From Octopus sinensis (lineage: Eukaryota), in contig NC_043002.1 of NCBI RefSeq assembly GCF_006345805.1, positions 120,408,874-120,472,873 of the forward strand: 64,000 bases of DNA. The letters are read 5' to 3'. The translations under genes were made by a program, and so were the position numbers. Shown piece after piece: positions 51,310-63,937 of the stretch (the stretch's first letter is position 1; each line of letters opens with the position of its first letter). The notes below the pieces were generated by a model. It saw nothing but the letters and a program-made list of their open reading frames with translations. It had not been told where the DNA came from and searched no databases.

Positions 51310-51572
51310 TTTTCTCTTTTCTCTTTTACTCGCCTTTAGCCGAGCAAATCTACCCCAGGGCTTATTCTTTGGAAGCCAAGTACTTATTCTATCGGTCTCT
51401 TTTGCCGAACCGCTAAGTTACGGGGACGTAAACACACCAGCATACACACACATATACATACATATATATATACGATGGGCTTCTTTCAGGCTATAGTAGA
51501 AGATGCCATGCAGGGAGAATGAACCCGGAATCACGTGGTTGGTAAGCAAGCTACTTACCACGCAGCCACTCG
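51310..51572 (-). mobile_element. SINE family A with internal deletions
   Basis: Partial head and tail matches. Confidence 0.85.
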
Positions 51573-52368
51573 ACCGAATTATGAAGTATGCAGTTAATTC
51601 AACAAAAGATTTCTATACAAAATTTAAAATTTCTTTTGTGTAGCTCGGAAAATTTAATAAATATTTTCACAAGCAAAAATTGCCGAGTATATTTTATTGG
51701 CCAAGCTGGTCAGGCAGTCTGTGGAAGAGCGATACTAGCATATCAGCTAACCATAAACAAAACAAAATTTTCCGTCAACATATTCTTAATTGTGGAGGAG
51801 AAATCTTGCCGAGTTTTCATATTATCCGTTTATTCGAGTTGTTATTTAACAGCGAAGCACAACAAGTGAATGAATAAATAAATAAATAAATAACTGCATT
51901 TTATAATCGAAAATCTGTTGAGTTTTGTTTTAATCGACGCAGCTTTAATAAGTCCTCTAGTGACGATTACATGCATTCAAGAAATTTTATTCTGTCTCTT
52001 GCTACCAACGTATTTTCGTCCAGAACAACGACGTTGTGACAGTCATGATAGGACTTGTGTCTATCCTTGTTTATTTCGTTTTATATTGCTTTTCAGATTA
52101 TGTAAAAGCATTTAATGAGATTAGAAAAAGAATTTAATGATTTTGATACTGTTTACATTCAGAATTACAATTTCCATTATCGTTGCAGGAATTATCTGTA
52201 ATATTCTTGTTATATTTTTGTTCTCTATTACTTTTAAAATTATGTCAAACAAAAAGACCTTCTCTCAAATTTAATCAAGCATTCAAAATACCTAATTAGA
52301 GTTGTAATTAGTAAGGAAATATCAATCACTGTGTTTGTTATATATTGTCTTTTGAAATTATGCGCATA

Positions 52369-52780
52369 GGTGCAGGAGTGGCTGTGTGGTAAGTAGCTTG
52401 CTTACCAATCACACAGTTCCGGGTTCAGTCCCACTGCGTGGCACCTTGGGCAAGTGTCTTCTACTATAGCCTTAGGCCGACCAAAGCCTTGTGAGTGGAT
52501 TTGGTAGACGGAAACTGAAAGAAGCCCGTCGTATATATATATATATGTGTGTGTGTGTGGTGTGTGTGTGTGTGTGTGTGTGTGTTGTGTGTCCGTGTTT
52601 GTCTCCCCAACATCGCTTGACAACCGATGCTGGCGTGTTTACGTCCCCGTTATTTAGCGGTTCGGCAAAAAAGACCGATAGGATAAGTACTAGGCTTACA
52701 AAGAATAAGTCCTCGACTAAAAGGCGGTGCTCCAGCATGGCTGCAGTCAAATGACTGAAACAAGTAAAAGAGAAAAGAGA
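52369..52780 (+). mobile_element. SINE family A, full length
   Basis: Complete head, internal microsatellite and tail. Confidence 0.94.
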
Positions 52781-52985
52781 AATATATCTTTGTAATATTT
52801 TGAAATCAAATAAATTTAAGACATTTTCATTTTTCTCTCTTTAGTTTTTCCTATATAGTTTAATTTATAGGGATCTTAACCTTCTCAATATGCTTGTGTG
52901 TATGTGTGTGTTTGTATGTGTGTATGTGAAGGTATGTATATAATACGTGGCTTGTATCTAACTATATATCAATTTCAATCTATAC

Positions 52986-53198
52986 TCTCTCTTTTTACTC
53001 TTTTACTTGTTTCAGTCATTTGACTGCGGCCACGCTGGAGCACCGCCTTTAGTCGAGCAAATCGACCCCGGGACTAATTCTTTGTAAGCCCAGTACTTAT
53101 TTTATCAGTCTCTTTTGCCGGACCACTAAATGACGGGGACGTAAACACACCAGCATCGGTTGTCAAGCAATGCTAGGGGGACAAACACAGACACACAA

Positions 53199-53263
<65 letters not shown>

Positions 53264-53425
53264 GACAGGCTTCTTTCAGTTTCCGTCTACCAAATCCACT
53301 CACAAGGCATTGGTCGGCCCGGGGCTATAGCAGAAGACACTTGCCCAAGATGCCACGCAGTGGGACTGAACCCCGAACAATGTGGTTGTTTAGCAAGCTA
53401 CTTACCACACAGCCACTCCTGCGCC
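52986..53425 (-). mobile_element. SINE family A, full length
   Basis: Lies tail-to-tail with 52369-52780. Confidence 0.94.
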
Positions 53426-53684
53426 TATATATATATATTCACAAACATATGTTTCCTGTACATATGCATACATTTATTGTGTCTGGGGAGAGTCATCCTT
53501 GTTTAGTACCTTATTAATTTGACACACTCACCGGTCTGATTTCCAATCAATGACTTATTTATTTTTACAAAAATTTTCTTTGCGTCTTGCAACCTTTTCA
53601 ATAATCGTTGACTTTGTCCCTTATCGCAACTGCGTTCTTTTTTATCTGAGCGCATGCGTGTGCGTCAGTGTGCGTGCGCATACA

Positions 53685-53930
53685 CATATGTATGTATGTA
53701 TGTATGTATGTATGCATGTATGTATGTATGTATGTATGTATGTATGCATGTATGTATGCATGCATGTATGTATGTATGTATGTATGTATGCATGTATGTA
53801 TGCATGCATGTATGTATGTATGTATGTATGTATGTATGTATGCATGTATGTATGTATGTATGTATGTATGTATGTATGCATGTATGTATGTATGTATGTA
53901 TGTATGTATGTATGTATGTATGTATGTATG
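53685..53930. repeat. (TATG)n with CATG variants
   Basis: Direct reading of the sequence. Confidence 0.95.
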
Positions 53931-54039
53931 CATATATAATCGAGTGTGTATGCATATATATATATATATATGTATGCTTGTGTGCATGTTTGTAAGTATG
54001 TATGTCTGTAATCTGCATGTATGTGTGTAAACATGTATG

Positions 54040-54528
54040 CATGTATGCATGTGTGCATGCTTGTATGTATGTATTCTGCATACCCATGTGCTTGTGTGTT
54101 CATATTTGTGTTTGTGTGTCTGTATGTGTGTGCATGTGCCTCTGTCTCCTTTGTCTCTGTCTCTGTGTGTGCCTGTTTGTGTGCGTCTGTGTGTGGTTCT
54201 GGGTTTGTATGGGTTTGAGTATTGGGGTATGACACGTTCTATGTATATTTCCTATTTAGTACTGGGAATGTTTAATTAATGATGACATACCCGTGTACTT
54301 GCCTGAGTACGTGCTTCTTGTATAGTCACACAAACCCAAACAAACCCAAACCCATAGATAGGCACAAACAGGCACACACCAGGACAGAGAGCTACACACA
54401 CAAACACCACACACACACATACAAACACACAAACATAAACACAATCACACACACACACACACAAACACACAAGCACACGAGTATGCAGAATACATAAATA
54501 CATACAAACGTGCACACATGCATATATA

Positions 54529-54530
<2 letters not shown>
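54040..54530. repeat. Old diverged foldback (about 190-bp arms) of TG-rich sequence
   Basis: gtattctgcatacccatgtgcttgtgtgtt versus aacacacaagcacacgagtatgcagaatac; tgtgtgtgcctgtttgtg versus cacaaacaggcacacac. Confidence 0.75.
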
Positions 54531-54595
<65 letters not shown>

Positions 54596-54747
54596 CCATA
54601 TATATATTACGGAGATGTACTCGCATAGCAAGTAATTTGATCTGAGATCGTGTGCTGGAACGAAAACAATTGCAGCGTTGAAGGTGTTTATAAGCCATTT
54701 AAGAAACACACAAAAGCCGTTCGATTCACTTCAACATTTAAGTTTAA

Positions 54748-54798
54748 TTTGTCAAAATATTTTCGTCGCTTTAAGACCGTGACCTGTTCACTGACAAA
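54748..54798 (-). ncRNA. Type I hammerhead-like motif, G3-C8 core variant
   Basis: UUUGUCA-GUGAACA-G-GUCAC(GGUCUUAAA)GCGAC-GAAA-AUAU-UU|UGACAAA: 7-bp perfect stem I, stem II 4/5 and palindromic AAUAUU stem III. Confidence 0.65.
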
Positions 54799-54802
54799 GT
54801 CC

Positions 54803-54845
54803 GTGAACAGGTCGCGGATTTTAGCGACGAAAATATTTTGACAAA
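54803..54845 (+). ncRNA. Second G3-C8 hammerhead core (5' strand of stem I lost at the inversion junction)
   Basis: GUGAACA-G-GUCGC(GGAUUUUA)GCGAC-GAAA-AUAU-UU|UGACAAA with a perfect 5-bp stem II. Confidence 0.55.
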
Positions 54846-54934
54846 TTAAACTTAAATGTTGAAGTGAATCGAACGGCTTTTGTGTGTTTCTTAAATGGCT
54901 TATAAACACCTTCCAATTGTATATATATATATAT

Positions 54935-55140
54935 ATCTGTAAATGTAATATGTGTAATATATGATAATTATTCGGTAGCCAAGATAAAACTCCGAGTTTC
55001 GGATGCCGCCACCATCTCTTCAGTTATCCGGCCATCGGAAAAACGCTATGAAAAATGACCGTTATGCAAAGATAAATTCCTATTTACATAATATCGAGGT
55101 CTCTTTCTTTCATTTGTTATCTTACCGTTTTTTATCAATA
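54935..55140 (-). mobile_element. Short Penelope-like/retrozyme-like element in (TA)n
   Basis: About 200-bp unique insert containing a HHR. Confidence 0.65.
54978..55033 (-). ncRNA. Type I hammerhead ribozyme, canonical core
   Basis: GCC-GGAUAA-CUGAAGA-GAUG(GUGGCGG)CAUC-C-GAAA-CUCGGAG-UU|UUAUCU-U-GGC. Predicted cleavage between 54988 and 54987. Confidence 0.8.
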
Positions 55141-55826
55141 TACATATATATATAAGCATACATACACACACACATACGTACATACATACACACACACATA
55201 CGTACATACATACACACACACATACGTACATACATACATACATACATACATACATGCATACATACATACACACACACATACGTACATACATACATACATA
55301 CACACATATATACATACACATTATGCATCCATACATGCATACACTCATACAAGCAGAGTAAGTACATAGATACAAACGTACACACAAGAATATATATATA
55401 TGCCTACATACACATACATGCATACACATACATACATGCATATGTGTATGCGCATGCGCACAAAAAAGAACGTAGTTCCAATAATGGACATAGTCTACGA
55501 CTACTGAAATGGTTGCAAGATGCAACGAAAACTTTAGTGAAACGAAATAAGTTAATGATTGGCAATCAGACTGGTGAGTGTGTTAAATTAAAAGGCACTA
55601 AACGAGAATGGCTCTTCCTTGACACAATAAAATATACTTCATCACGCGAATTCACATAAAGAATCTTGCAAACCAAATACAAAAACGAAATATATGCATA
55701 CATTTATGGTTATACGTGTATATGGCTTTATATATGTATGTGCATATTTGCATGATGATGCTTGGGTATTCATGTGTATGCACGACTATATAAATGCATG
55801 TCTGTATAAATGCGTGTACGTGTTTA

Positions 55827-56207
55827 TCTTTTACTTGCTTCAGACTTTAGGTTGTGGCCATACTGGGGCATCATCTTGACGAATTATTCGATCAGAACAG
55901 AAACACACCAACACCGGTTGTCAAGCGATGGTGGGGGCAAACACAGACACAAAGGTACACGCACACAAATACACACATACATACACACACACACAATTAT
56001 ATGTATATATCTATATATATAATTATATATATACATACATACATAAACCGGGCTTCTTTCAGTTTCCGTCTACCAAATCCCATCCCAAGGCTTTGGTGTA
56101 CCCGAGGTTATAGTAGAAGACACTTGCCCAAGGTGCCAAGCAGTAGGGCCTAACCCGGAACCATGTGGTTGGGAAGAATACTTCTGGCCACATACCCACG
56201 TTTGCGC
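55827..56207 (-). mobile_element. SINE family A (diverged, deleted)
   Basis: Head, tail and ggcttctttcagtttccgtctacc motif present. Confidence 0.85.
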
Positions 56208-56357
56208 TTAGCAAAACTTTTGGCTATCAATATATACGTCATCGGATACATATATGCTTGTTTGACAGTGCTAAGTATGAAACGCATGTAAACCTATTCT
56301 AATATCTCTGGAATATTCAAAATTAAATCAAATTACTCTTCAATTAGTTAACTATTG

Positions 56358-56492
56358 GTACTTCCCAACCACAAGGCACCGAGTTCAGTTCCAGTGCATG
56401 GCACTTTCGGCAAGTGTTTTCTGCTATAGCATCGGGTCGACCAAAGCTTTAAGTGTATTTTCTAGACGGAAACTGAAAGAAGCCCGTCGTGT
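56358..56492 (+). mobile_element. SINE family A, 5' half
   Basis: Ends at gaagcccgtcg followed by (TA)n. Confidence 0.82.
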
Positions 56493-56523
56493 GTATATAT
56501 ATATATATACGTACATATATATG

Positions 56524-56597
<74 letters not shown>

Positions 56598-56599
56598 TG

Positions 56600-56632
<33 letters not shown>

Positions 56633-57730
56633 TTATGTATATATGTATGTGTGTTTGCATATATATAACTTATACACAAGGGCAAAAGAAAAATTATTTC
56701 TTTGCCAATATGCTGAGAACAGACTACCAAGTTTTCTAAACAAAGTTGGGATTATATATTCAATGTTGTGATCATTCGCGTAAGTGCTTCTAGGAGTTAA
56801 ATTTTGACAGTACAGTTTCAGATTCTAAGTTTACTGGAGAATACTATCTATGCGATTCTGGAAAATGGAGAACTTTTTGAGAAAATGTTTTTGTCATGAC
56901 AGTGGAGTTATATAAAAATGAATATGATCACTTTAGTGTGGAATTGAATACATGTGAGAAGAATATATTTCATTCTTAACTAAAGGACAATTCACTTCAA
57001 CTCTATATTATACAAGTATCAATATGCGGAGATATTTGTTTTTCAGTGTTAAATCCCTGGCTCGACACTGGTGCATTGCTTGTCTCTTTCTGAGATGAGC
57101 GTAAACATCATCGCACGTGTAGAAAATAAATTGTCAGAAGAATTTATCTTCATTTTCCGAAAGAAAAAACAAATGCGAGTAAAATACACTGATGTTTTGA
57201 ACAATGGCATTCTGACCTCCATATGTGTCGGGTTTATTTACACGGAAGCTATTCATGGCTATCTCAGAAAGCAAACAACTAGCTCGTGTACAAGAATGTA
57301 ACCACTTTTCTCCACGGGGCTGAACCCGAAAAAGGTAAGAAAATTATCAAAGCAATAATGGAAATTCTAATATAATGATGAACTGCTATATCCTAGGGGC
57401 AAAAAGAGGAATGAAAATCAAAATAAGTAAATCCTTCACAATGTTATTCACTTCCACTGTAAACAGACCTGATTGCCATTTCTGTAGCTACAGCGATATC
57501 ACAACTGACGTGTTGTAGTGCTCACTTTTAATCATAAGATATATGCCCTTCCATTTTGAAAAAGACAATAAGTTATAAATTATAATAGAGCTGGCTACCA
57601 TTTCTAGCAGGTTGACCGAACACCTAAACAACAAACACACATGCACATATATTTGTATGTATGTGTGTATATGTGTGTTTATGCATATGTATACATAAAT
57701 ATGTGTATATCTATCTACCTATCTATATAC

Positions 57731-57785
<55 letters not shown>

Positions 57786-57872
57786 TGAGAGAAATAGAGA
57801 GATGTATAATTATGAGTATATATACATTTGTATATATTTACTTGTATATGCTCTATATATATATACATATAA

Positions 57873-57904
<32 letters not shown>

Positions 57905-57911
57905 GGGGGAG

Positions 57912-58071
57912 GGGCGCAGGGAAGGCTATATGGTAGGAAGTTTGCCAACCACAAGGTACCGAGTTCAGTTCCGGTGCATGGCACTTTGGGCAAGTGTCTT
58001 CTGCTATAGCCTCGGGTCGACCAAAGCTTTGAGTGTATTTGCTAGACGGAAACTAAAAGAAGCCCGTCGTG

Positions 58072-58072
<1 letters not shown>
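57912..58072 (+). mobile_element. SINE family A, 5' half
   Basis: Shares diagnostic substitutions with 56358-56492. Confidence 0.85.
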
Positions 58073-58103
<31 letters not shown>

Positions 58104-58117
58104 ATATACATTCTAAG

Positions 58118-58400
58118 GGACATGGCTCAGTGCTTAGAGCGTCAGCTTCACTCATGAGTTTGACCCCAGGATCGAACAGTGGATTGTGTTCTTGAGCAAG
58201 ATACTTTATTTCACGTTGTTCCAATTCACACTCCTGTAGAGATGAGTTTCGACGTTACTGGTACCAAGCTGTATCGGTCTTTGCCTTTCCCTTGGATAAC
58301 ATCGGTGTTGTGGAAAGGGGGGCTGGTATGCATGGGTGACTGCTGGATTTCCATAAACAACCTTGCCCCATCATTCATGACCGAAGGGGATTTCTTTAAC
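58118..58400 (+). mobile_element. Additional tRNA-derived SINE (CORE-like central motif)
   Basis: ggctcagtgcttagagcg head; gtgttcttgagcaagatacttt..ctgtagagatgagt centre. Confidence 0.65.
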
Positions 58401-58473
58401 ATTTATTTTATATGTGTATATATATATTTATATGTGTATATATATATTTATATGTGTGTATACATATATATAT

Positions 58474-58551
<78 letters not shown>

Positions 58552-58556
<5 letters not shown>

Positions 58557-58731
58557 ATCCAAACAAGAAAACACAGAAAAAAACACACAGCAACGCGAGG
58601 ACGTGGAACAAATAAAGTATTGTTGGACGCTCAGGAAGAAGGGAAGAAGGAGGGTTTAACGTTTCGAGCGGAGCTCTTCGTCGGAAACATAGGAGAAGGA
58701 AAGATCCCGGGAAGGGAAGACAGAGGAAAAA

Positions 58732-58735
<4 letters not shown>
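58552..58735 (-). mobile_element. Penelope-like element (paralogue of 13483-13760)
   Basis: Embedded in (TA)n; homologous throughout. Confidence 0.75.
58654..58688 (-). ncRNA. Minimal type I hammerhead, C4 variant
   Basis: 35 nt identical to 13583-13617. Confidence 0.6.
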
Positions 58736-58771
<36 letters not shown>

Positions 58772-58775
<4 letters not shown>

Positions 58776-59115
58776 GCTTCCCAACCATATGGTCCGGGTT
58801 CAGGAGCCCCTTAGGCAAGTGTATTCTAAAATAATCTCAGGCCAGCCAAAACCTTGTGAATGGATTTGGTAGACGGAAACTGAAAAAAGCCTTTCGTATA
58901 TGCATGTGTGTTTCTGTCCCTCAGCCATCGTTTGACAACCGATGGTGGTGTGCTTATGCTCCCATAAACTAGTGGCTTGGGCAAAGAGACCGATAGAATA
59001 AGTACTTCGTTTACAAAGAATATGTCCTGGGGTTGATTTGTTCGACGATAACCTTTTAAGGCGGTGCTCTAGCATGGCCTCAGTCAAATGACTGAAACTA
59101 TTGAAATAATAAAAG

Positions 59116-59117
<2 letters not shown>
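58772..59117 (+). mobile_element. SINE family A (diverged, 5'-eroded)
   Basis: ggatttggtagacggaaactg...ggcggtgctctagcatggcc. Confidence 0.85.
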
Positions 59118-59156
<39 letters not shown>

Positions 59157-59410
59157 GAGAGAGAGATGTATATATTTACTTGCATATGAATGCATATGGT
59201 TATACACATATGCATATGCATATACATATATATATAGTACAAAGTGAGATAGGGGTTATGAGTGTAACCCACTATGGGATATCAGTTATCCAATATACTG
59301 CCAGTGAAGTACCCAAAAGGCTAATACATAAAAGCTTACAATTGCAATGCAATTAGTTCATTTATTGTATTATATGGGCGAAGGTAAAATGTTTTACCTC
59401 AAATTCATAA

Positions 59411-59795
59411 TACAAAATAAGAAAATGAAGGAATAGATTCCTTTCAATCATCAACTTCCAGATAATACCAATTCATATAATCTATTAACTAATTAAATAG
59501 GAACATCCAAATCCAACAGAATACAACAGAATAAAACAATATACATCAATAAGTAAGATAATACCATAAAAATAATACACATAAACTGGATCTTACAGCT
59601 GAAACAGGCTGAAACAGCTGTAAGATCCAGTTTATGTGTATTATTTTTATGGTATTATCTTACTTATTGATGTATATTGTTTTTTTATTCTGTTTTTGGA
59701 TGTTCCTATTTAATTAGTTAATGAATTATTTGAATAGGTATTATCTGTAAGTTGATGATTGAAAGGAATCTATTCCTCCATTTTCTTATTTTGTA
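59411..59795. repeat. Long foldback (about 190-bp arms) centred on a hammerhead 3' half
   Basis: The arms are reverse complements apart from a small indel. The centre carries GAAA-CAGCTG-TA (59611-59622). Confidence 0.9.
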
Positions 59796-59837
59796 TCATA
59801 TATATATATATATATATTATATTATATATATATATAT

Positions 59838-60046
59838 CTTTTACTCTCTTTTACTTGTTTCGGTCATTTGACTGCGGACATATTGGAGCACCGCCTTTAA
59901 TCGAGCAACTCGACCCCAGGACTTATTCTTTTGTAAGCCCAGTACTTATTCTATCGGTTTCTTTTGCCGAACCGCTAGGTAACGGGGACATAAACACACC
60001 AGCATCGGTTGTCAAGCGATGCTAGGGAGACAAACACAGACACACG

Positions 60047-60088
<42 letters not shown>

Positions 60089-60270
60089 TATATATATATA
60101 CATATATACGACGGGCTTCTTTCAGTTTCCGTCTACCAAATCCACTCACAAGGCATGGTCGGTCCGAGGCTATAGTAGAAGACAATTGCCCAAGGTGCCA
60201 TGCAGTGTGACTGAACCCAGAACCATGTGGTTAGTAAACAAGCTACTTACCACACAGCCAGTCCTGCGCC
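59838..60270 (-). mobile_element. SINE family A, full length
   Basis: Complete head and tail. Confidence 0.94.
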
Positions 60271-60285
60271 TATATATATATATAT

Positions 60286-60316
<31 letters not shown>

Positions 60317-60317
60317 G

Positions 60318-60350
<33 letters not shown>

Positions 60351-60410
60351 ATATATTATATATTAATTTAAATATATATTATATATATATATATATTATA
60401 TATATATATA

Positions 60411-60442
<32 letters not shown>

Positions 60443-60461
60443 TTATAAATATATAATATAT

Positions 60462-60507
<46 letters not shown>

Positions 60508-60937
60508 TATATATTTATAAATATATGTATATGTAGTGTTGTGTGGTGTGTGTTCACACGAGTGCAAATACACACATATGTGCATAACGACAAAAGTAAA
60601 GCTGGGCTTTCAACAATTGATTACTCTGGGTTAGGCGCTGCCTTATTACAAAATATTTGAGTTGAATGTGAGATGCCGTTTTAAAATGGATACCACGAAA
60701 CTCGGAGTAAGTAGCTATGGAAAACCCAGCTCTGCTGTTTGTATTGTTTAATATAACAGGATTTTACGCGTTAGATTTGGATATCATGTTTTTCCGTGTG
60801 TATCAAGAGGAAAACACGTGTATACTCAGACTCATGCGCACACATACACACACACGTCACATGCTTGTAGATATATGTGTACAAATGTGTGTGGCTGATT
60901 GTGTCTGACTGAGACCGCATGCATAAACGTACATATG

Positions 60938-61323
60938 TGGAAGCACTCCGTCGGTTACGACGATGAGGGTGCCGGTTGATCCGAATCAACGGAACAGCCT
61001 GCTCGTGAAATTAACGTGTAAGTGGCTGAGCACTCCACAGACACGTGTACCCTTAACGTAGTTCTCGGGGATATTCAGCGTGACACAGAGAGTGACAAGG
61101 CCGGCCCTTTGAAATACAGGTACAACAGAAACAGGAAGTAAGAGTGAGAGAAAGTTGTGGTGAAAGAGTACAGCAGGGATCACCACCATCCCCTGCCGGA
61201 GCCTCGTGGAGCTTTTAGGTGTTTTCGCTCAATAAACCCTCACAACGCCCGGTCTGGGAATCGAAACCGCGATCCTACGACCGCGAGTTCGCTGCCCTAA
61301 CCACTGGGCCATTGCGCCTCCAC
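60938..61323 (-). mobile_element. SINE family B, full length
   Basis: Probable TSD aaacgtacatat at 60925-60936 and 61329-61340. Confidence 0.95.
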
Positions 61324-61369
61324 ACATCAAACGTACATATACATATACACACGAAGACATAAATATAAA

Positions 61370-61410
<41 letters not shown>

Positions 61411-62126
61411 CAGATTCGAACACATTTTAAAAAGAGTTTCTAAATGCGGTGTGATGGCATTAGACCGATAGAAGTTAATTATACACCCTATTATTAGCAA
61501 AGATTAAGATGAAAATAATGTCAAAGTCTAATTGATTTATAAACAGTCTTAAGTCAGTTGACATCTTCCTCTTGAGTAACTTTCAACTTATTCCTCTTTC
61601 AGTCTTTTCTTAATTTTCTCTCGTAACGTCCCTACCCTTTTCTCCCCGCATATCTCTCTCCCTCTCTTCCCCTCTCTCCCTCTCTCCCTCTCTCCCTCTC
61701 TCTCTCTCGCTCGCTCTTTTTCTCGCTCGCTCGCTCTCTTTCCCTTTCTCTCTTTCTCTTCTTTCGCAATGCATAATGAAAAGATAATCGCTCCATTGGT
61801 TCACAAACATGTAACAACCAGTTTCTATGGAACTTTCCGAAGATTATAGCTTGAAATAAAGTTTTATGGGTTAAAGCGGACGATGAGTATAATCAATTCA
61901 TACTCATCCAAGGAGACACACACGCACAATAGTCTGTATTGCTTGTTGAATGATTTTAACGGTTTTCTTTTTCACAGAGATACACAACCATGCACTCACG
62001 CAAGCACAAACATAAACTTAAACACGCACTAAACGCCTTTATGAGAGCGTAATGATAATAATAATCTCATACGTGTAAACATAACTGTATGCCTGTATAT
62101 ATTCAATCAGATATAACTATATAACT

Positions 62127-62216
<90 letters not shown>

Positions 62217-63019
62217 GTAGGTATGTATGTATGTATGTATGTATTGTATATATAATAACAGGTAATTTACAATAACAAAAGCTGGTTCAAAGAAAGAGAA
62301 AAGATTGTGTAAGGTGTTTTCCTTTACGATCGCGACGCTTGTAATCAATGTCCATTTTTACAGCGCGTATCTTGTCCGTTTGGTTCTTGCTAAATTTGGG
62401 AATTTTATGCGAAAAATGAATAGAGCCATTTAACTTTATATCTTTATTTATGCATTTTAAATAGCCATTGCTGGAAAATATCGTCGTAAATTGCAAGTTG
62501 TATGATGGACTAATAACTAGTTCACTGCATTTCTGACAACAAGGGTGACATCGGTGTGTTTGTGGAAGTAGATGTAGAAAAACATATCGCGAGTGACTTT
62601 GTTCGAAAGTTGGCGATTGTTTGGTTTTCTCGACCACATTATATCCGTCGAAGATATTCACATATACACACGGTTGCGCGCGGCGCACTCGCACACACGC
62701 ATACATACACACACACTCACATACATACACACACACATGCATGCCCATACACTCACACACACACACAAACACACAAACTCACACACACAAACACACAGAC
62801 TCACACACACACACATATATATGCATATATATATATATATACTTGTGCGTATGTGTGTGTATATGTGTGTGTGTGTATGTGTGTGTGTGTGTATGTATAC
62901 AGATAGATGGATGTTTGTTTTTATGTTCTCTTACAATAAAAACAAGTTTACATTAATCTGAAGAGTTACTCTATACTTTTGTGGAGTACAAATGTATTAT
63001 TCTTAAACAATAATATTTT

Positions 63020-63890
63020 TGATAGTGATCTCGAAGTTTCGGCCAGCAAAGTCATCGACGGGCTGTGATACAGTGAAGTTCTTCTGGCTTTATATAGTCT
63101 CTGTTGAATTAATATTTTCTTTTGTATGTGGGTTTCTGTGGAGTGATAATTAGGTAATTAGTTGTAATTAGGTTTTATGGAGTGGTAATTATGTTGCGTT
63201 GTGGTGGAGAATGTTCCAGAGAAGTTTTTTATTGATCAAACTAGGTGTTAAGTTATTGTTTAGAATTTATTCAAGTATGTGGAACTTCGTAAGCGGGTGT
63301 GTATATTTTAGTATGATTGCTTCTTAGTGATATAGAAAAAGGGTGTGGGTAGGTATAGGGAAGAGTTTTTGTTTGTTTTTTTTTTAACTAGGGCATGTGG
63401 TAGTAGTTTTTGTTATTATTTGTTTTATTGGTTTTAATCGTTTGCATTGACAATGTAAAGGTCAAGTTTTCAAAGTTTATTCTGGTATTTAAAAATTTAG
63501 TAATTGAATCAACTTTTGTAGTGAAAATTTTTAAGGGTTCAAAAATGAATGTAAGTAGGTAGTATATTTAGATGGTTAGTTACTTGATTTATTGTAATAT
63601 ATGCTATTTCCTGTTTGTATTGGGAAGATGAGGGTAATTAGACGGACATCACATGGCGTTACTAGTGTAGAAATTTATTTATCGTGTGCTTTAATGTCCA
63701 CAAGAGAACGTGTGTAGGTGAAAAAGCTGTTGGTCGGTATATTTCTCTCGGGATTCACTATTCTATAAGTAAGTTGATAAATATAGAGAAATCTCAACCA
63801 TTGTGATTTATGGAGGCAGAGTTTGTGGGTTATGTATTTATAAACATATCTTCAATTCTATTTCAAACATGGGTATTTTATAGTATATTA
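63020..63890 (-). mobile_element. Probable highly decayed Penelope-like element (RT C-terminus/GIY-YIG) with HHR remnant at its 3' end
   Basis: Weak manual matches (IYRPT...LLW; frameshifted FTCQC) and a remnant CGAUGA..GGCC-GAAA-CUUCGAG at 63062-63021. Confidence 0.4.
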
Positions 63891-63906
63891 TTTTAGGTTA
63901 TATATC

Positions 63907-63937
<31 letters not shown>

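Larger units (their letters stand above)
54596..54913. mobile_element. Penelope-like element with 112-bp-arm terminal palindrome
   Basis: Arms at 54680-54791 and 54803-54913; flanked by (TA)n; HHR-like motif at the centre. Confidence 0.8.

Noticed and set aside
56820-57300. Protein-like frames with loose resemblance to a Cys-loop receptor
   Set aside because: Multiple stops, frame changes needed and no diagnostic motif; the resemblance is subjective.
62270-62560. Open minus-strand frame of about 95 codons and a GPCR TM6/TM7-like plus-strand reading
   Set aside because: The plus frame has stops and wrong spacing; an open frame of this length is expected a few times by chance in this much unique DNA.
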